The notes under the pieces were generated by a model, which was not told the origin of the DNA, did not search any database, and saw nothing but the letters and a program-made list of their open reading frames with translations. From contig CAZGVA010000001.1 of assembly GCA_964528765.1 (NCBI GenBank), positions 1 to 44,548 on the forward strand: a DNA stretch of 44,548 nucleotides. The letters run 5' to 3'. Numbering within the stretch: the stretch's first letter is position 1; each line of letters begins with the position of its first letter. The DNA comes from Candidatus Woesearchaeota archaeon (GTDB lineage Archaea; Nanobdellota; Nanobdellia; UBA10117; JABICX01). Both the position numbers and the translations under genes were made by a program. Below are positions 1-15,000 of the stretch, in pieces.

Positions 1-3000
1 AGTCTGAGCATTAATTGCAATGCTTCCAGTATTATTTCCATTACTGATTGTTGTGCTATCCCAACTGTATGCTTCTGAGTTGTCAAAGTTTGCTAGCCAT
101 TGTGTGTTTGTGTTATTTGTAATGTTTCCAGTTCCGGAATCCAATGTTCCATTAATCGTTAAGGAATCTACATAAAGTGTTGATGAGTCAGTGATGTTTA
201 ATGTATCTCCAAGTCTAAACGTAAATCCATTAAACCATACTTCCTCTTCAATTGTAATTGTCTTATTGTATGTCTTATAATTTGTTACAATGTCTTTCTG
301 GACATCTACCCATTTTAGAATTAGATTACTTGGTGAATAACTTGTTGCAGATAATAAATTTGGTGCTCCCACTTCATCACTAACATTTGCTAGATAACTA
401 GCAGAGGCTCCCTGTAATGTTGTTATGGTTTGACCATTATGTCCATATAAATAATCTACTGAAATTATTCCAGACTGACTAGTATTTCCCATAGTCAAAA
501 TAAGATTATTTTCAGTTATGTAGAATAAATCAACGCTACCTACACCACTTAACTCATTGATAATCGTCATGTTTGTTTTCATCTCAAGATTTCGCTGACC
601 TTCTGTTGCATCTACTTCAACATTGTAAAAGGAGTTATTTCCGTCCCAGTTTGAACTTGAACTCGAACCCCAATTTACAGCTACATTATCATCTACAAAT
701 CGCTTAGAAGTCGCAGTTCCATCATTGTGGGTGAATGTTCCTGAATTATTAAAGTTTCCAGAAATTGTTGTTGTTCCGTTTGTTGCAATGTATGTTCCGG
801 ATAAAATAGTCAAGCTTCCCAGATAGTGGCTTCCAGTTTCATCTCCATCGCCAAATGTTCCACCATTAACAATCAAATCACCATTAATATTAACTACTTC
901 ATCTTCATGAGTGGATGAGGATTTGAAGTAGCCGCTAGTTATATTCATATCATTTGCAGTTATATTATCTCGCCATACAGTATTACTTTCAATAATTACG
1001 TTGTTGAAGGAATTTTCTTCATCCAAATTACCATCAATAGCAACCCAGTCCTCTAAATGATCAAATACAACCGTTCCAGAATTATTGTAAAATGTTCCTT
1101 CATTATTCCAAGCAAGATTGTCAACACTTTCTTTACTCGTGATTGTTGTTGTTTCATATGTTGCATTGTAAACTCCACCTGAGTTGATTGTTAGTGAACC
1201 AAAGTAGTAGCTCTCATTATATGTGTCTGTTGTATCTTTCCTAATTTCTCCACCATCTTCAATTACAACATCTCCAGAAACATTCAAATTTCTTTGTGTT
1301 GGCACTACTAATCCCTCAACAACAGTTAGATTTCCTTCAATGCGCATTCCTTCAGGATTTGAATTTCCAAAGTAAGGCATTTGCAATGTTGCTCCAGACA
1401 TATCAACAATAACATTATACAGTGGATCTGCACAAGCTCTAATCCGCATGCCAGTATCACTCGCAAATACAAATGTTCCATTATTGTGTGTGACAGTTCC
1501 AGATGTACATTCCAAATCATTTGAAACAGTGGTGTTTGTTATTGTTGTGTTTCCAGAAGTTGCATCGTATTCTCCGCCGGAGTTGATTGTTAATGAACCA
1601 AATGACTGTGAATAATTACCAATATTAGCGGTAATAACATCAAGAGTTCCCGTTACAATAACATCGCCAGTTACAGTTAAAGCATGTATATTTATTTCAT
1701 ACGTTCCAGAAGAGATGATTAGATTATTATCGATTGTATACGCTGCTCCTGCGCTGCCCCATGAATTTTCAATTACGCCACCCGTGGCTATTTCTAAATC
1801 ATAAATATTTCCCGTATTTCCATTTGGATCTATTTTTGTAGGATTTATAGTGGTTATATTAATAAGCCCGTCATTTGCATTTAATATTCCATCATGGATA
1901 AATGCATATCCGCTACTTGCTTCATTAGATATAATTGTTGTTTGATTGGTTGCTTCGTATGTTCCTGTAGAATAAATTCGAACTGAACCAAATTCTTGAT
2001 TTCCACCAAGACTTGCATTCAGAATTCCACTTATTTCTGCATCTGCTGTTCCGTTAATTGAATAAACATCTGTTGAAACCGTAACATCTTCATTTACAGT
2101 TACATTATAACAAGTTAAATTAGCAGTTAGAGTTGTGTTTACTGCAAATGTACAATTTCCGGGAGTTGGTCCGCCAGAGAAAATCCACATTCCATCTGGA
2201 ACATTATTACCATAATCCACACCATCATATACATAGATTATATCGGTTCCAGTGTTGTTTCCATAGCTGACATTTGCATAGTTGAATGTTTCTGTGATTG
2301 CTGAAGCGTTGATTTTCCAGTAATTTGATCCGGAAATTGTTGCATAATCAGTTAAATTACCTTCAACATTAACTGCTCCCGTACTTGTTCCAAAACCTGT
2401 TGCTAAAGTTGATGTAAAATTGAAAACTGCGCCCGGATCAACATTTAGTGTTCCAGTAACGGTGATATAACTTACTTGAATATTATTATCACTAGTATTT
2501 ACTTCATCACCTGATCCAATAGATAAATATCCATTAACGGTTGCATCTCCAGAAAAACGAGTTTTAGTTGATACAATAAGATAGGGATATGTGCTGGCAG
2601 GTATTGGTTCTAAACTCTGCCAATAAAATATATATTGATCTGCAAGAGTTGCTCCACCATCATTAAATGTTCCTGGATTATTCAATCTAAAGACTGTTGA
2701 AGCATCTCGATTAAATGTTCCTGACCCCACCGTCAAATTTCCGTCGAGAGTAATTTGCTCAGCAGTATCTCCTGAAATAACAAATGGATCTAAAGTTGTT
2801 GTTTTTCCAGAAGCCGCGGTTTCTAAACTATACATATCCAAATTTCCTAAGTAAGTGAAGTTTCCATCGCCAGTCATATTTACAATTGATGTTCCTTTGG
2901 TGAATGCGCCACTACTTGCCCAGATTGTTGAAGCACTTGCATTTCCCGTATTTGAGCCAATTGAATCTGCAACGTCTGTTCCAGTTCCTTCATCAAATTG

Positions 3001-6000
3001 CCAGCAAGATACTAAATTAGTTTGACTCAGATCTACACATGTTTCAAACATATTTGCTCGGATATCTGCTTCTGAAAGAGCTGCATCATATATAGAAACT
3101 CTTCCGATTTCTCCATCCCAATAACTAGTAAAATCTCCTGCTGTAAATAACGAGCCAATTGTAAAATCATTTGTAGATGCGATAGACCCACTAACCTCAC
3201 TAGATGCTACAATTTTTCCATCAATATACAATAATAAATTAGCGCCATCATAAGTTCCAACTGCATTATGCCATTTTCCATCATTAACATCTTCTGGACT
3301 CATTGCACTTGTTGATGGACCATTATCAATTGTAATTCTTACATTTCCATTACTCATATACATTCTATATCCTGTCGCAGTTCCAGTTGCTCTACTAATT
3401 AAACCATAAGTAGTATCCATTGTTGACGCAGTTGTTTTAAACCATACATCAAAAGTTCCAGCTGTTGTTATTTCTAATGAATTATCCTCACTACAATTAA
3501 CATTTTTAGTTCCATCCAGATCTAAAGCACTCTTTCCAATTAATCCACCTGAAGATTGCCAGTTTTCTTCAACTTCAATTATTGCAGTTCCACCATCAAG
3601 TTCTGCGCCTGTTGCTATTATGATATTATCAATATCCTGACTACGTCCTTCTAAATCATATACTCCCGAACCAATAATCAAAGTATTAGCTAAATTAGAA
3701 GTAAATGATCTACTTGAAGTGAAAGTTCCACCATTAAAGAAAATAACTTCTTTTGTAGGTGTATTCAAATCATTGTTTCCACTTCCAGTCATAATTATTT
3801 TTGTTGTGCTTTCCCCAGTCCATCCTGTTCCATCATAATCAACAAGATCTGCAAATATTATTGAGTCTGTTGAGTCAATTGCTCCATCAATATTTAAAGT
3901 CCCATCAAACTCTGCTCTTTGGCCATTCAAGTCTAATGTATCATCTGCTGAAACGGTAAATGCATCAAATTCACAGTCACCATCAAGGGTGATTGTTACA
4001 CTATTTCCGCTTGTTGAAGTAACATCATCTTGGAAGTCAAGCCATTTTAGAATTGTTGAAGTTGTAAAATGATAATATGGTTCATCTGAAACAATTCCGG
4101 GATATAATTGACTAGCTCCTTGAAGACGGCTATTTACCGTTGTCTGCCACCCACCGGTCAGAGTTCCTTGTGAAGACGAATTTCCAAGAGTTAGAGTACT
4201 ATATAATCTAATTACATCATTTGCTGGATTAGCTAGGGATGACCTAACAATAATTGGTACGTGAAGATCTAACTTATCAGTACCGGACACAGTTATGTTA
4301 TAGAATTCAGATTCAGAAGAGCCAAGTATATTCATAGCAACCGTGTCACTTGCGAAGTCAACGGTTCCATCATTATGTATGAATGTTCCATCATTGTCAA
4401 AGTCACCTGAAAGAGTTGTAGTTGCACTTGTAGCTGAATAAGTTCCACTTTCATTTATTAAAATTGAATTAAAACTTTGGTTTCCACCGAGACTTGCATT
4501 AAGAGTTCCATTAATACTTGCTTCGCCAGATGCTGTAATATTATATTCATCTGTATCTAATGTAATTCCTTCATCTACAATTAATTCAGTACAAACAAGA
4601 TTTGCAGTAAGAGTAACTATTGGTGCTGTATCAAATACGCAACCCTGTGCAATAACAACTGTATCTGAAGCATCTGATCCATTAACTAAACCATCGAAAG
4701 GTGTTACTGTGCAATTCCAATTATCTGCATTTGTTAAATTATCTCTTGCAAGTATATGTGAATCTGCAGATTGTTCAATTGTAAGATTCAACACATCATC
4801 TTTATACCATTGGAAAATGTAATTTTCCGGATCACTTTCTGCATCTGACCATCCCGCGACAGTACATGTTAAATCATTATCGGTTGTTGGTGAATCGGGT
4901 GTAACATCCACACCTGAAATTGTTGGAGCAACATTACCTTCACCAAGACTGTAATTTGTAAACTGACTCACATTGAAATAAAATGTTTCAGCTGTATCGT
5001 TATACGCATCACTACAATATTCAGATGTACACGTAATATTATTTCTAAATGCAACTGGTACTTTATAACCACTAATTCCATATAAAGTTAGATTAGCACT
5101 TTGATTTAATCCTTGGAAGCTATCTGAATCAACATCAATTAAGTTTTCAGATATTGTTATTCCATTATCGAGTCCAAGTGTTCCAGATTCAGTTACAGAA
5201 AGATCTGTTGAGTTCCAGACTACTTGTCCTAAAGAGTTATTGTATATAAGTGAGTTAAGGTAACTTCCACCTGTATCATCTAAAATAATATTTGCAGTTG
5301 CAGTAATATTATTATTTACGATAATATTATTGTGCGAGCTATCTGTTAAATACACAGAGTAATCGAATTGATTTGTAAAATTATTGTTTCTCAAGATGTG
5401 ATGATCTGCATCGTCAAAGACTATTGCGTGATCATTTGATGCTTCACTATACACTCGATTATTTTCAAGAATACTACGATCTGTATTCATCAGTAATATT
5501 GCCCAAGATGCTCCAGTAATATTATTATTGTATACCCAATTATTAAGTGTGTCTGATGCATACAATTGAAATGCGTAAGATCCATCACTATGAAAATCGT
5601 TGTTAGTCCAATTACAACGATTACAATTTCTAGCGTACACTGATCGATCATCCTTTGTATATATTGTATTACTATCTGCTACTAAATCATCTGCACCGTA
5701 TGTCCAAATTCCAATACTTCCGCCACTGCCATCAAGAGTTATTATGCAATTTTGTATCTGCGTATTATATGGTGTACCTCTTACATATATTCCATATTCA
5801 CTGGTTGATCCAGAAAGAGTAATATTTGTAGTATTAATTAAGGTATTATCGTAAGCACTACCATACACTTGAATACCAAAATCACTATCTGATCCAGTTA
5901 AATTAATGTTACAATTTTTAATCTCTACATTTTCGGCTAATACATCAATTCCATAATCGCCAGTTCCTTGGATTGTATAGCCATCACAGTCAAATACAAC

Positions 6001-9000
6001 ATTTGCTGCAGTTATTCTTACGATGTAATCATCAGTACATCCAGTAATATTATAAGCTAAAGTATATGTTCCCGATTCATTAATACCCATTCCGCAAGCA
6101 CTAATTGTTCGTGTTGAACTATTTATCCAACTTGAGTTATCAATTCCATCTGTAGCTAAACAAGATAGAGTCCAATTTGATCCGGGATGTGTATCTGCAC
6201 TAGATATATTATATATATTCTTTTCAATACCTTGTGTGAATGTTCCAACTTCACCCGTTAAGTTTAATGTATCATTCATATACAACTGGTAATAGTACGT
6301 TACATCTTCAGCATCGCCATCTGTCGCATTACAATATCCCATTAAACGCGAACGATCGAATGGATCAACCGGCGTAATATTTGCTGAAATTATAACTGGT
6401 GCTAAATTAAATTGTAAACTATAATTTGTAAATTCAGATACATTGAAGTAGTAATTTCCACTGCCAGTTTCAGTTACAGCTGAACAATATGCACCACAAT
6501 CAACTTCATTTCTCAAAGTAGTTGGTGTTTGTCCTGCTTCTAATCCATAGAACGTTAAATTGGCTGATTGGTTTAATCCTTGGAATGATGTTGAATCTAC
6601 ATCAATCATATTTTCAGAAATTGTAATTCCATTATCTAAACCAACTATTCCAGATTCCAAAACAGTTAGATTTGTTGAGTTCCAGATAACTTGTCCTTGT
6701 GAGTTGTTGTATATCAATAAATTAGATACACCTACGCCACTTGCATCATCGATTGTGTACGCAGACGATGCCGAAATATTATTATTTAATAATATATTTT
6801 CAGAAGAATCCCCAACAAATGTTAATACAACACTTAAACCACTAAGATTATTATTTGATATTATATTTAGATCTGCAGTATTCACTTGCATAGCTTGAGC
6901 ACCAGGTGTTGAAATCTTATTATTATCGACGATATTTGAATCGCTACTCAGCACAACAGTATATGAACCCGTTGCATAAAGGTCATTATCTTTCAATAAA
7001 TTATTTGGCCCACTATTAAATTGAGTAACCTCGCCACTTGCAGATAAATTATTATTTGTAATATTATTATCATTTGAGTTAGATGTAACATAAATTCCAT
7101 AATGACTTACAACATTAACCAAATTATTATTCATTATATTGTAATCTGAACTTGTTAAGTAAATTCCATACCGATCTTTAACTTCAATCACATTATCATC
7201 AATTATATTGGAATCTGAATCCGTCATGTAAATTCCAAAATCATCTCCTGTTGTGTTGATTATGTTAGATGTAAAGTTGTTGTAATCCGAACTAGATATG
7301 TAAACTGCTTCATCATCTCCTGCTTTAATATAATTATTTGTAAAAACACTTCGAGAAGTAGTGCCAGTAAGATAAACAGCTCGAGATCCACTAACAGTAA
7401 TATTATTATCCCATACACTATTGTTTTCAGAATCTCCAGTTCTAATAGCAACTGCCCCCGTTGCGGCAGTTATATCATTATTATGTATATTTGAATTATC
7501 TGGACCATACCCCCAAACATGATCTAAATCAATTGCGTATTGGCCATCAACAGTAATATTATTATAAGATATATTTAGATTGTTCATTCCACCCAAAGCA
7601 ACTATTGCCTGATCATCTTTTACATAAATTGTATTATTATATATTACACTACTAGTTGTCCACACGTAAATTCCATAATCTGAATCACTACCCGTTAAAG
7701 AAATATTGCAGTTTCTGACAGTTATATTGCCCGCAGTCAGCATAATTGCTCTATCCCCAGTTCCTTGAATCGTGTGTCCATCACAATCAAATACAACATC
7801 ACTTGCTGTTATGTTGATTATGTAGTCGTTGGTACAATCCATAATATTTGCTTGTAAGGTTTTTGACGCAGTGATTTCTTGACTACATGTGTCTCCAACA
7901 GAATAATTTGTAAATTCTGAAACATTAAAATAATATGTTCCTCCACCAACATTAGTTATTTCACTACAATAATCTCCACAATCGGCATAGTTTCTTAATG
8001 GCATTGGATGTATAATTCCAGAAACATCATAGAAAGTCAGGTTAGCAGATTGATTTAGTCCTTGGAATGATGTTGAATCTACATCAATCATGTTTGATGT
8101 AATTGTAATTCCATTATCAATTCCGAGTGTTCCTGACTCAGTTACATTTAGATTTGTTGAATTCCAGACTATTTGACCTTGGGAATTGTTGTAAATTAAA
8201 GTATTGTTATAACTAATTCCACTATCATCCAATATAACATTTGGTGTTGCAGCAGTTATATTATTATTTAATAATATATTAGATCCGGCAGGCGAAACTA
8301 AAGAAATTCCCGAATAAGAATCAGCAGTTATAATATTATTTTGTAGTAGGTTATTATGCGCACCATTTATTGTAATTGCTTTATTATTTGCAGTTATATT
8401 GTTGTTAGTAATGATATTATCATCACCACTAATCTGTAACCCGTAGCTACCTGATATAGCTACGGCAATGTTGTCTGTAACTATGTTACTTGAGCTTGAA
8501 CTAAGACGGATTGAATTGTATTCGGCAGCAGTTACATTATTGCTTATTATTCGATTATTTGTGCTACTGCTCGCCAGAGATATTCCTTCCCGATTTAGAA
8601 CTACTATATAATTATTTGTAATGTTATTATAGGTGGACCCTGTTAGATAAACACCATAATAATCCTCGACCTCAATCAAATTATTATCAATTGTGTTGTG
8701 ATCTGAAGCAGTCATATATATACCATAATCCATTGTAGAACCCGTTACATTAATTATATTATTTTGTAAAATGTTGTTTTCAGAACTTAACTCAATATAA
8801 ACTGCAGATCCACCAACAGCAGTAATATTATTATTTGAAACATTGTTGTCTGAACTCGTACGTAATCTAATTCCATACTCATTAGTTACATCCAGTTGAT
8901 TATCTGTTACGGTGTTATTATTACAACCATCATAAAAATAAAGTGCATACTCATCTGTCGATGTAAAAACATTATTTGATATTGTGTTATCAATGCTGTC

Positions 9001-12000
9001 TGGATATAATAACATAACTCTTTCGCCAGTAGCGGTATTGTTTATAATATCATTATTATTACTTGTAGCTAACTTAATTGCCCAATGATGATCAACATAA
9101 ACAGTATTATTATATATTGATCCATTGTCTGCTGTATCATATAAAATTCCATAATCCTTACCCGTTCCATTCAATGAAACATTACAATTCTGCACTGTAA
9201 CACCCGACGCATTAACATATATTCCATAACTTTCATTTCCTTGGATTGTGTATCCTGCGCAATCAAATACGACATCTGCTGTTGTGATATTGATTATATA
9301 ATCAACCGTACAATCCATTATGTCTTCTTCTAAATCGGTTGATTCAGTAATTTCAGTATTACATAAGCTAAATTCTTCAAATGACCACATTCCCTCAGGC
9401 ACATTATTACCATAATCAATTCCACCCATAACTGTAATTATATCTTCTCCAGTGTTATTTCCATAGCTGACGTTTGCGTAAGTAAAGTTCTCAGCCATTG
9501 CTGAAGAATTGATCATCCAAGATACGCCAGTTCCAGTTACATGAGCATAATCGGATTCATTTCCAACGATATTTACCTCACCCGTAAATCCACTTGTATC
9601 ACTAAATCCCCTTATATGTGTGAAGTTAAGCATCGATTCCGGTCCTAAATTAAATACTCCCGTGCCTGAGATTTCACTTGTTACAGTTAAATCATATGTA
9701 TTTGAATAAAATGTATCGCTACTTCCAAGACTTAATGTTTCCGTAATAATATCGCCACTTGCGTAAGATGTATCGTTTTGAACTCTTAATAATTGATAGG
9801 TTGATCCAGTAATATTTACACCATTATAGTAATCTCCGTAGTAGATATTTCCGAAAGTTGATCCACCATCAATTGGAGCTTCTTCAAAGAAATTGAATCC
9901 CTCATTTATAGAGTCAACTAAACTTCCAGTATCTGTTTGAAGTGTTCCGGTAAGATTAATTCTACCCCAAGTAGTTCCAATAACATCTAAGGTTGTTGTC
10001 TTTCCGGGTTGAGCTGCAGATAAATTATAAAACTGTAACGTATTATCTACTGCAAAATATATGGTTCCATCGCCAGTCATGTTTACAGTAGATGTTTCTG
10101 ATGTGAATGTTCCTGCGCCTGCCCAGACTGTATCGGCTGTTGCTGTTCCATCATTACTTCCAATTGCGTCTGCTACATCTGTTCCAGTTCCTTCATCAAA
10201 TTGCCAGCAAGAAACTAGTTCGGACGGGTTGCTCATTGAGGTACATGGTTCAAACATATTAGCTCGGATTTCCGATTCTACTAAAGTTGTGTTATATATG
10301 GAAACTCTTCCGATTTGAGAGATTAAATTAAGCCCGATTCTAAAATCAACTGCTGCGCCATTATTTCCTGCTAAAGCAGTTTCATTTCCATCTAGCTTTC
10401 CATCAACATAAATTTGCTGATCATTGTTTTCCTCAAATACCCAAACAATATGGTGCCATTTTCCATCAGATACATTTGTTGTTCCCGTAACATTACTACT
10501 TGTTCCTGAAATAATCTTACCCATAGCAGTGCTATCAACAATATGTAATCCATATCCGTAGTTGCTTTTCCAAACAATATCTCCTGTGGTGTCTAATGTT
10601 TTAACCCACGCATCTATTGTTATATCATCACCTAACAGTAAGGTATCGGGAGTTCCCATATTTACATAAGGTCCATCCAAATCCAAAGCGCTCTTTCCAA
10701 TCAATCCGCCTGAAGATTGCCAGTTTTCTGAAACAGAAATTGTTGACTCACCTGCAGTAATCATTCCGTCTGTTGCAATTGTTAAATTGCTTACATATAT
10801 TGACTGATCCGAACCAGTATGCAAACGTCTAACACCAATAATCAGATTATGCACATCATCCAATGTTGAAGTTAATGTATATATATTCGCACCGCCACCA
10901 TTCAATAAAACATTATCAAATTCTCCAGTTCCAGCCGAATTTATATCAAGTGACGGATTACCCGCTGAAATAAGAATAAGACTTGCATTAGCTAAATGGG
11001 ACGTCGCATCCAAATCAATTGTATTATTAACAAACACTAAGGCATTTTGTGCATCAAAAGTTCCATCACTATTAAGTGTTCCACCGAACTCAGCTCGCTG
11101 TCCATTCAATTCTAATGTATCTCCACTTGTAACTGTAAATCCGTCGAACTCACAATCTCCGTCTAATCTTACTAATGTAGTATCTCCACCAGTCTCTAAG
11201 GCTGTTTGATAATCTATCCACTTAAACGCAATAGTTCCAACAGTAGTTGTAAGTCCGCCAGTGGTAGATATTATTCCGGGTTCGATTTGTGATTCTCCAT
11301 AGATTCTAAATTCATTTTCTCCTGTCCAAAATTCACTTGTACCATTTACTTCTGCGCCTGCTTTCAAAGTAAGTGTATTTTCATTAACCCTATTAACTAA
11401 TCCATCATTCAAAGTAAGAGCGTTCTCAATAGTTACGCCTTCATATATCCAATATGAACCAGAAGATATTGGTTGCATAATTACATCATAAAATATTGCA
11501 TCGTTAGCATATATTTTTGCTGTAGCAGTAGCACCATCAAATAAAACTGTTCCATTGTTATGTGTAAAAGTTCCATCATTATCAAAAGCAATTCCTGAAT
11601 TTGTAATTATTGTTGTTCCGTTTGTAGCGTTGTAAACTCCACCAGAGTTGATGGTTAGTGAACCAAAGCTTATACTGACGTAGTCTTGTACGCCCGAACC
11701 TCCACCATACATTGCGCCATCATAAATTACAACATTTCCAGCAACACTCAGTAATTTCCCTCCGGTGCTAGAACCTACGTCTCCAGATAATAAATGCAAG
11801 TCTCCATCCAAACCGGCACCATTTACAATCCTGAAGTAATTTCCGTCACCTATACTAATGTTTAAATTATTGTATCCCGTTCCTGCTGTTGCTAAATCTG
11901 CTTCAATAGTTGAGTCTTGAGCCGAAATAATTACGGTTCCACCGTTTCCATAATAAGTTCCATCATCATTAATTGCATAACTACCCCATTCACCCGTTAC

Positions 12001-15000
12001 ATTCATACTTTCAGGTGTTCCATCAAAAGTTCCTGCATTATACATTCCATCATGCATTATGATTCCACCACTGGATGCATTGAATATTCCATAATTTACC
12101 AAATTTCCAGTTATATTTGTTGTTCCCGTTGTAGCGTTGTAAACTCCGCTAGAGTTGATTGTGAGCGAACCGAAAGATATATCTGCAGTAGTTCCATCAA
12201 GAGTTCCGTCTACGACAGCATCGCCAATTACAGTTAAATCGAATCCGTAACAATCTAATTTTCCCGAACTTATAGTTAAATTACCTGGAATATATGTATT
12301 TTCATCAAAAATTGTTGCAGTATAAAGCGGATCAGTTAAATTGATAATCACATTCCATGGATAAAAACTACTACTAGGTGTTAAATCAATTAATGTGCTT
12401 TCGTCAGTTTTTATTATAAATGTTGCAGTATTCGAACCAAAACCGCCATCTAAATCTACTGCGTAATTTGAATATTCACTAGTAATATTAATATTAGCGT
12501 CATTTGGAGAAAAGATTGATCCTGATGCCGAATCGATTGCACCAAAAACGTGATCAACAGTATCTCCTTGCGCATCAAATTCACCGTTATCCTGTACCTG
12601 TAACAAACCCGTTACAATTATTGGATTATTATTAGTATCTAAATCACCATCGTCAATGATTAAATTATTTGAAACGGTTAATGGTGCTTGTAAATCAAAA
12701 TCATAAGTGGCACTATCCATATCAACTTCTAAATTATATGGATTTCCTGAATTACATTCAAAATCAATATTAGTTGCAGGTGATTGTACCATAAACTTTC
12801 CAGAATTTGCATTAAAGTCTCCGTCGCAATCTATTGCATAACCTACAACACATCCGATTGGTTCTGCGGTAGTACATTCATCAGATATTGTTGTTGTTCC
12901 GCTTGTAGCATCGTATGTTCCGCCAGATTTTATTGTTAAAGAGCCAAAAGAGTGGTCGCTTGTGTTTCCATATACGATTCCATCATCAATAAAAACATCT
13001 CCCGAAGCACTCATTGAGTCAAGTAAAACCAGTCCTGTTCCTGTTCCAGTATTTGTAATTTCAGTGTTGTTTATTATAGCTCCACCAAAAATTGCTGTTT
13101 GGTTAATTGCACTTGTGAAATTTAATGTGGATTCATCGCCATTGAATGTTCCGCCAGTTACCCAAAGTTCAGAGCTCATTGTACCATCATTTGACGTTGA
13201 GTGTGAATCTGCAACATCGGTTCCAGTTCCTTCATCAAATTGATACCAACCTTTCAACTCTGTTGTTGAAGATAATTCACTATATTTATCAAACATTAAA
13301 TCTCTAATCTCAGATTCTGTAAGAATCGAGTCCCAGAAAGAAACTCTTGCGATTTTTCCATCAAAAAATTGATCGTTTACATTAGTCCGACTGGCACCAA
13401 TTGCTGCGCGATTTATATTCCCCCAATTAATTGATGAACTTGGTGTAATTTCTTGTATAATTTTGCCATCAAGATACAATCTAAATAACGTTCCATCCCA
13501 AACCATCGCAGTATGATGCCAGACTCCAACAATTGGTACAATTCCCGAAGAACCCCCCGTCTTACCATCTGTACTAACTTTCAACATATTTGGAGTACTA
13601 CCATCGGATTTAGCAACTTGTATATTGCCCCACTCCGAATCATCTGATGCACCAAGCGATACAATCTCTTGGTGAGCTGTATCATATGCATCTAAATTAA
13701 ACCAACTTTCAACAGTAAATCCGTCAGATAAGGTCATATCTGCAACTACTGCGTCAATTTCCACGAGTGCGCCTTGATTATCATCAAATGCACTCTTACC
13801 AATTAATCCGCCTGAAGATTGCCAGTTTTCTGAGATAGTAATATTAGCAGAATTTGCCTCAAAAATACCTGTATTTGCAATAGTTAAATTACCTGAATAA
13901 AATTGTGTACTTGAATCTGAAGTATTCCATGTACCTGAACCAATTATTGTTCTTTTGCGCGCAGTAGCACCTGCTGAATTAATTTTATGCGTTCCATTTT
14001 GAATAAATAGTGTTTGACCCGCAATCTGTCCATCTTCAATATCAACATTTCCACCTGCTCCAGATAAGATAATTGTTGGTGGTGTATCTGCAGGACAAGA
14101 TCCATCTAAATCTGCTCCAGCATTAAAAATAACTAGTGCATCTGTTCCAAAATCAGTAGTGCCTGCCGTATCATAATAACCATCAAATTCTGCGCGGTGA
14201 TTACTTAGATTTAATGAGTCTCCACTTGAAAGTGTGAAAGCATCAAATTCACAATCTCCCGTTAAATTAATTGTTTTAGCAGTACTCTCCGTAGTTATAT
14301 CTTGTTGAACATCAACCCATTTCAAATTAATTGTCTGTGGGGAATAAACACCACTCATTAATGCTCTTGGATGTGCTACTTCGCTACTGATTATTACGGG
14401 ATAACGCTGATTTGCACCTCGAATAGTTGTGACTGCTTGACCCGAATTACCATATAAATAATCTAAGGTAATTGTTCCAGACTGTGAAGCATTACCCATA
14501 GTCAGAATTCGATTATCTGACGTAATATAAAATAAATCCGTACCGCCCAAGCCACTTAATTCATTAATGATAGTCATATCTGCCCTCATGTTAAGATTTC
14601 TTTGGGCTGCTGTTGCATCAGAAACAACATTATAAAAAGAATTACTACCTGTCCAATCTGATGCTGAATTCAAACCCCAATAGGCATTTCCATCGCCAGC
14701 TGTAAGTCGCTTGGATGAAACCGTTCCATCATTATGTGTGAATATTCCACTTATCTCAAAATCAGTGTGAATATTCGTTGTTCCACTTGTAGCTGAATAT
14801 TCTCCGCCAGCGTTTATTGTTAGGTTTTCAAATGTGTGGTCGCTTGTGTTTCCATATAATATTCCATCATCAATAAAAACATCTCCTGAAGCACTCATTG
14901 AATCAAGTAAAATTAATCCAGTTCCAGTTCCAGTGTTTGTAATTTCTGTTCGGTTTAGCATTACTCCGCCAAACATAGCAGTTTGATTGTATGTGCCAGT